64,000 nt of DNA from Lophium mytilinum. Its lineage: Eukaryota. The translations under genes and the position numbers were made by a program. The stretch lies in assembly GCA_010093605.1 (NCBI GenBank), contig MU004181.1, positions 372,001 to 436,000 on the forward strand, in the 5' to 3' direction. This document shows positions 59,267 through 64,000 of the stretch, in pieces. How positions within the stretch are numbered: the stretch's first letter is position 1; every line of letters begins with the position of its first letter. The notes under the pieces were generated by a model. It was given only the letters and a program-made list of their open reading frames with translations. It did not search any database and had not been told where the DNA came from.

Positions 59267-61400
59267 TACGCACGTGAGGTGAATACTTTGATGCATTAGG
59301 TTAGATAGATTCCGAGGTCGAAAATTCAATCTTTACGAAACCGCTACCTTCCAACGTGTTTATGATTGCAAGTATTCCGCATCATCCAAGTTCAGGACTC
59401 GTCCGAAGGTAGCGAAGTAACACGCGCGTTATGAACAAATACAGGGATCTAGGACAAAACATTTGCTAGTAACAGTAGCCGACATGAATGCCATAGCTGT
59501 GTCAGGTTCTTCAATTCCCCAGTAAGACCTCAATTTTCTATTACTTCCTCCCATCTCGAATCGGAGTCTTTGCCATGAGGAGAATTCGCATTCATCACGG
59601 ACTAGCCATGCTCTTCAATTCAGGTTCGAGTATGCAACTTCACCCTGCCCGTTCGATGCTTGGATGTCGCTCATTGATTGCTGGAAAGAATGCTTTCAAT
59701 CCCATACTGCCAGGATGCAGCATTCCTAAAGAACCAGCGGTGTGTGTTTCCCCCACTGCATCAAAGCTCGCGGCGGCGAGCCGCTCAACGTAAAAATCTT
59801 AGACTTCCACAACGAGGTCTCCCGAACTCTCTTTCATTTGGTCCTCGACTGTACCCTCCACAGGCCCGAGCTAGATATCCTCCTCTCGACACACAGGCCC
59901 CTGGTTCACGATTATCAGTGCTCCTTCAAGCCATCTCTTCCTCACCTGTCTTTCACATCTAGTCGATGCCTCGGAGAACTCCTACCATCCGATGCTAGTA
60001 TGTCGGTGTCACCTGAGTTCACGGCAACCTCCCGGGTGAGCCATCTTGCTCCGGCCAGTTTCCCGCAGTAACCCTCAGCCGGGTACCTGCGGGAGAGTGC
60101 CGATTCGCTGAGACTCGTAGTGTCCGGCTAGCGACGATGATATGTGGGTTCGAAGACTTGCGGAGGCCGATAGGCGGGGTGTGGTGAAGGTATTTGACAG
60201 GCCGTCTACTGGAACTGTGTTAGAAGCGGTTTGACTAGCGGCCTTGGCGGACACGACCTCTTGAAGGCGCCTAATCGAGGTGGATGCATGCTCGATTTCA
60301 TACAGAGAGCGTTGGGATGACGATACGACAGGAGAAAGTCCAGCAGGTCTGGCCACGGGCCCATGAAGCGCCTGCGACTGAGGATCACCACGGAGTATGG
60401 TATTAATTACCGTAGCGGGCGACTGGTTGTTACATTGGTATGATTGGCAGGTACTAGGAGCTATGGGATCAGAGCATTGAGCGACGCCTGGAGGAGGAGT
60501 TGGGATTGAAATTCGGGAAGGCCTAATGGGCGCCTCGGAAGACCATCGTTAAAATGAGCCGCAAGGCCTGTTACTCTTAGCCAATGGAGCGGTCCGTCGA
60601 ATTTGAAGCACTTACTGAGCAGAGCCTCTTGGGTGGAGCGTCGCCGGCCGGGGTATACAAGCTAAATGTACTCAATGAAGTGAAGGTCTTGCAGCTCGTT
60701 TTCAAACCACCGGAGTGGCCTCATACTTTGTTGACAGCTTAGGGGAATCTTCCTCAGTTCACGTAGTACTAGGTCTGACGTTCCCTAGATACTCAGTTGC
60801 TGTACCGGAGTACTGCTGCTTAGTGAAGGTGATGGACCGAGCTTCGCCTATGATCTCCTCCGACTCCCGAACTCCGACAACCGCGATCAGCGTGGAAACT
60901 GGCCGAACGTTCCAATACTGCTGTCGGCCTCGCAGCGCCTGGATCCAGGCACCATGCCGGCCCCGACCCGCCTAATCTGTTCTGTTAAACGGCCTAGCGC
61001 TGATGAGTCATGCTCTTGGCTAGCGTCTTTCGAAAACTATATCAGCCTGCCAGCCCTCCAACTTTCCTTCCTCATCCACCCCTCCCCTCTTCCTTGATCA
61101 GTTCGCTAACACTGACAGATCTTGTCTTCCTCCTCCTCTGCCTCGGCAGCCCTCCTCCTCCCGCTGGAACCCTAGTGAGCCCCCTCCCCTCATGAACCCA
61201 TTGCTAACTTTCACAGGACTTGCAACCTTGGTCCTTCTTTTCTTTTCTTTGGACACACTTACCTTACCTGTTTCTTTGAGCAGGTTTGGTGGAATTTTTG
61301 GAAACCCCCTCAAAGACCAGCTCCCTTCTGGGACTGGCAAGTCACTTGCTGAGTGCCTACTCTCTTCGGGGACTGGCCGATCGCTTGTTGACCACAACAT

Positions 61401-61870
61401 CTTTTTTCATTGACTCACTCAGCTTGTCTGGGGCTTCGAAGAAGAAATCTCACCACACTGGCTTGGTGTTGCATGAACTGAGCGTAAACCTTTCACCTTC
61501 GCCTGTTCAACTTCACCTGTTCGCTTTCACCTGCTTGCTTCCCAGTGACGCTGGCTTGGTGTTGTAATGTTTCTGAGATGCGTCTTGCGCGATCTACCTG
61601 CTTCGCCGCTCGAGTATTACAAACCTCTCACGCCGCCACTCCTCTCTCTCTCATCCATAGTCGTCCACATTGCCACGCTCCCCCGTCCCATCGTTTCTGC
61701 TTTCGTCAGAGAATCTCGCCAGCGTCGTAGACTAATAGCCGGTCAGCTTCGAAGGGGCCAGTTTGCACCATGTCTGGTATCTTTAGAAAACCCGCCTCGG
61801 ATGCGCTATCTCTCCCACTTCTTTTTTCATTGTGTCACTCAGCTTGCCTGGGGACTCGAAGAAGAAATCT
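61401..61870 (-). repeat. Two copies (61401-61450, 61821-61870) of a dispersed ~48-bp element also at 18988-19035(-), 35935-35982(+) and 49486-49533(+)
   Basis: CTTTTTTCATTG..TCACTCAGCTTGYCTGGG...TCGAAGAAGAAATCT; stop-free reading xFFFxxPxKLSxSMKK-like in all five copies. Confidence 0.75.
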
Positions 61871-63089
61871 CTCATCTCGGCATCCTGCGCTCGTCTGGCG
61901 TTGCGGGTGAGAGACGTCGCTGTCGCGATGGTGTTGACGGGCTGGTGAGGCACCCTTTTTGCCTTCCATCGTGATGCTGCCACATTGATGAGGTGAGCGA
62001 CGCACAATGACGCCAATAGGGCTTCCGGATACGAGCCATCCTACGAACGCAGTAGTGGCCACGTCTACAGCTCTGTGCTAGGAGGATGTGAGGATGCTCT
62101 AGCCCAGCGCGTGCGAAGCGGGCGTCCGTCACTGAAAATGTTCACGAGAAGCGCAGGATAGTGCCCCCTGCTTATTGCAGCGTCTGCATGATGGGAGCAA
62201 ATGCATCTCCCTAGTCTCTCGTCAGAGCGTGCGCGTCGAAGTAACTCGCAATATGAAGCCCACGGCGGCTGGCACCGCCAGCTCCAAACCAAGGACGACA
62301 GCAGAGACAGCAGCTCCCATGCGCCGATTCCATGACCGACTCTACGGAACTGTGCCTACTTGCATCTTCGACAGGCTTCTTCTTGCACCCAGCAGACTCG
62401 ACACGTCTCTCCAATGCCGGCGAAGAGATCGCTGGCGCTACCGTCTTCTGCCGCGGTTCGCAAAGTCAAAACCTCTCCCATTGCTCATCAGATCTCTGTT
62501 CCAGGCGAAAATCATCATTCAGAAGGGCGCGCCATTATGCTAGCTGCCAGCAGCAATCCTCAAGCCAGACTCCAGCGCGACGACCCCGCCGGCGACCAGC
62601 TTTACCCTCCGCTCGTTCCGTGCTCCTTCCCGTGCACCACATCCAACCACCGCTCGCCCCTTGGCCTCAGCGCTACGATCCCCCAGCACGCGCAATCGAC
62701 GGTGGTCTAAGTCAAGGGCAGCATCGGAGAGGTCCCTCTCGGCAGCTCCGATGAAGAGAACATCGAGCTCAAGAAGCTCGTCGGCGGAGCGGTACTGTCG
62801 CCCGACTCCTATCTAAGAAACTTTTGTCGCCAATTGCTAACTGTCAACAGGTCGCCAATGAGTTCCTCGGAAAGTAAACCTTCGCCACTTCCTCGACTCT
62901 TCGATCGCTTCATACCGCGCGCGCCCATTGGGCCCGACTCCGCTGCTGCCGCCGACATTTCCAACTCCTACCGTAACACCGCGCGTCCAGGCGTTTGCCC
63001 TCACCTACAACCCAATGGCTTTACTACGCTTGCCTCAGTAGCTTACACGAAGTGAGGTCTACCTAGACCGCCGTCCAATAGCTACAGGC

Positions 63090-64000
63090 CTTCGCCGTCA
63101 AGAAGAGCTCCGCAACCCCGCCGTCAACGCAACTCCTCTCCGCCCGCCTCACGAAGACCAGTACCATCACAGGCTTTCAGACCAGATGAATCGTCTTCGT
63201 CAAAGAAGCCGCCACAGTCGCGCTTGCAAAGAATGGGTCGCTGCTTGTCAAAGGGCACCGATGAGAGCCTCACTATCCGACGACCAACGCAAACCGCCTC
63301 CTCGCACACAAGGCGAACATTGGTATCACCGTAAGCATCTAAACGCATACCACGGCGTCGTGGAAGAAGCTCCTGCCGTGTCGCTCGCAAAGAACGGGCC
63401 GCTCCTCATCAAAGGCTGCCGACTCATCAAAGGCTCACCAACAGCCCAAAACCGTCGACGAGAGCTTCACCATGCAATCGCCACCGCAAAATTCCTTTCC
63501 GCACGGCTCGCGCAGACCGGTACCATCACCAGCCTTCAACCGCGTAACTGGCCTTCGTTGAAGAAAAGGCTGCCCTCACGCTGATGAAGAGCGGGCAACG
63601 CAAAAGTCTTCTCCGCGCGCCTCACGAACGTGGGTACCACCCTGGGCGTCTAAACCGCGTACCTCGTGCCTTGTAGAGGGCAGTAGTCTACCGGAGCGCC
63701 CAAAAAAGAACCGTCCGGTTCTTATCAAGGCCCCTAGCTCCCGGGAAGGTTTACCGCAATGAGGACCTCCAGTATGTCCCCAAGGATGCCACAGGAACCC
63801 GCCGCTCGGTCCTGATCCTCGGTGTTCCACGCCAAGTTCGCCTCTATCAGCTCCTCCGACTCGCCACCACCGGCGAACTTATCTCTACCCGCCTCGCGAA
63901 GACCGGCATCATCGCCGGCTTCGAAATTGCCTACCTGGTGTTCGCCAAAGAAGCCGCTGCCGTTGAGATCGCACAGAACGGGCCGCTCGTCATCGAGAGC
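63090..64000 (+). repeat. Three to four diverged copies of a ~170-bp possibly coding unit; runs off window end
   Basis: LLSARLTKTSTITGF...KEAATVALAKNGSLLVKG; EEAPAVSLAKNGPLLIKG; FLSARLAQTGTITSL; LISTRLAKTGIIAGF...KEAAAVEIAQNGPLVIE. Confidence 0.6.

Noticed and set aside
63380..63420. NGPLLIKG as a CDGSH iron-sulfur domain
   Set aside because: The required C-x-C-x2-(S/T)-x3-P-x-CDG(S/A/T)H motif is absent.

Overview
Filamentous ascomycete (probably Dothideomycete-like) nuclear DNA with short GT-AG introns and CTRAC/CTAAC branch points; the taxon is inferred, not confirmed. The window has two halves. (1) 1-28.5 kb is gene-dense: eight paralogous genes with an F-box-like 'SxLxxLPxE(L/I)RxxI(Y/W/F)' motif (resembling the fungal DUF7730 family), two head-to-head membrane RING genes, a headless RING-H2 exon, a secreted HEXXH+D (M35/aspzincin-like) metalloprotease divergent from a secreted Cys-rich protein, a Cys/His protein with an RVxF-like motif and a small 3-exon gene with PAM2-like motifs. 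(2) 28.5-64 kb is a pseudogene-rich region with no intact gene I could recognise; it holds short decayed fragments of housekeeping genes (protein kinase x2, DEAH helicase HA2, BCS1-like AAA ATPase, glutamate synthase, Bdf1 bromodomain), a tRNA-like relic and several dispersed repeats. The most unusual signal is a family of non-coding ~130-175 bp repeats sharing an 18-bp core (consensus about CACYGTYWGRRGTRGCCC). It forms two tandem arrays (24.4-25.2 kb, 26.5-27.9 kb), an inverted array (47.55-48.1 kb) whose units each carry an inverted half-site pair at a constant 65-bp offset, and outlying copies (14.9, 23.6, 28.5 kb). Single co-oriented genes sit between consecutive cores like cassettes. All calls were made by eye from translation and motif recognition; no database search was run.
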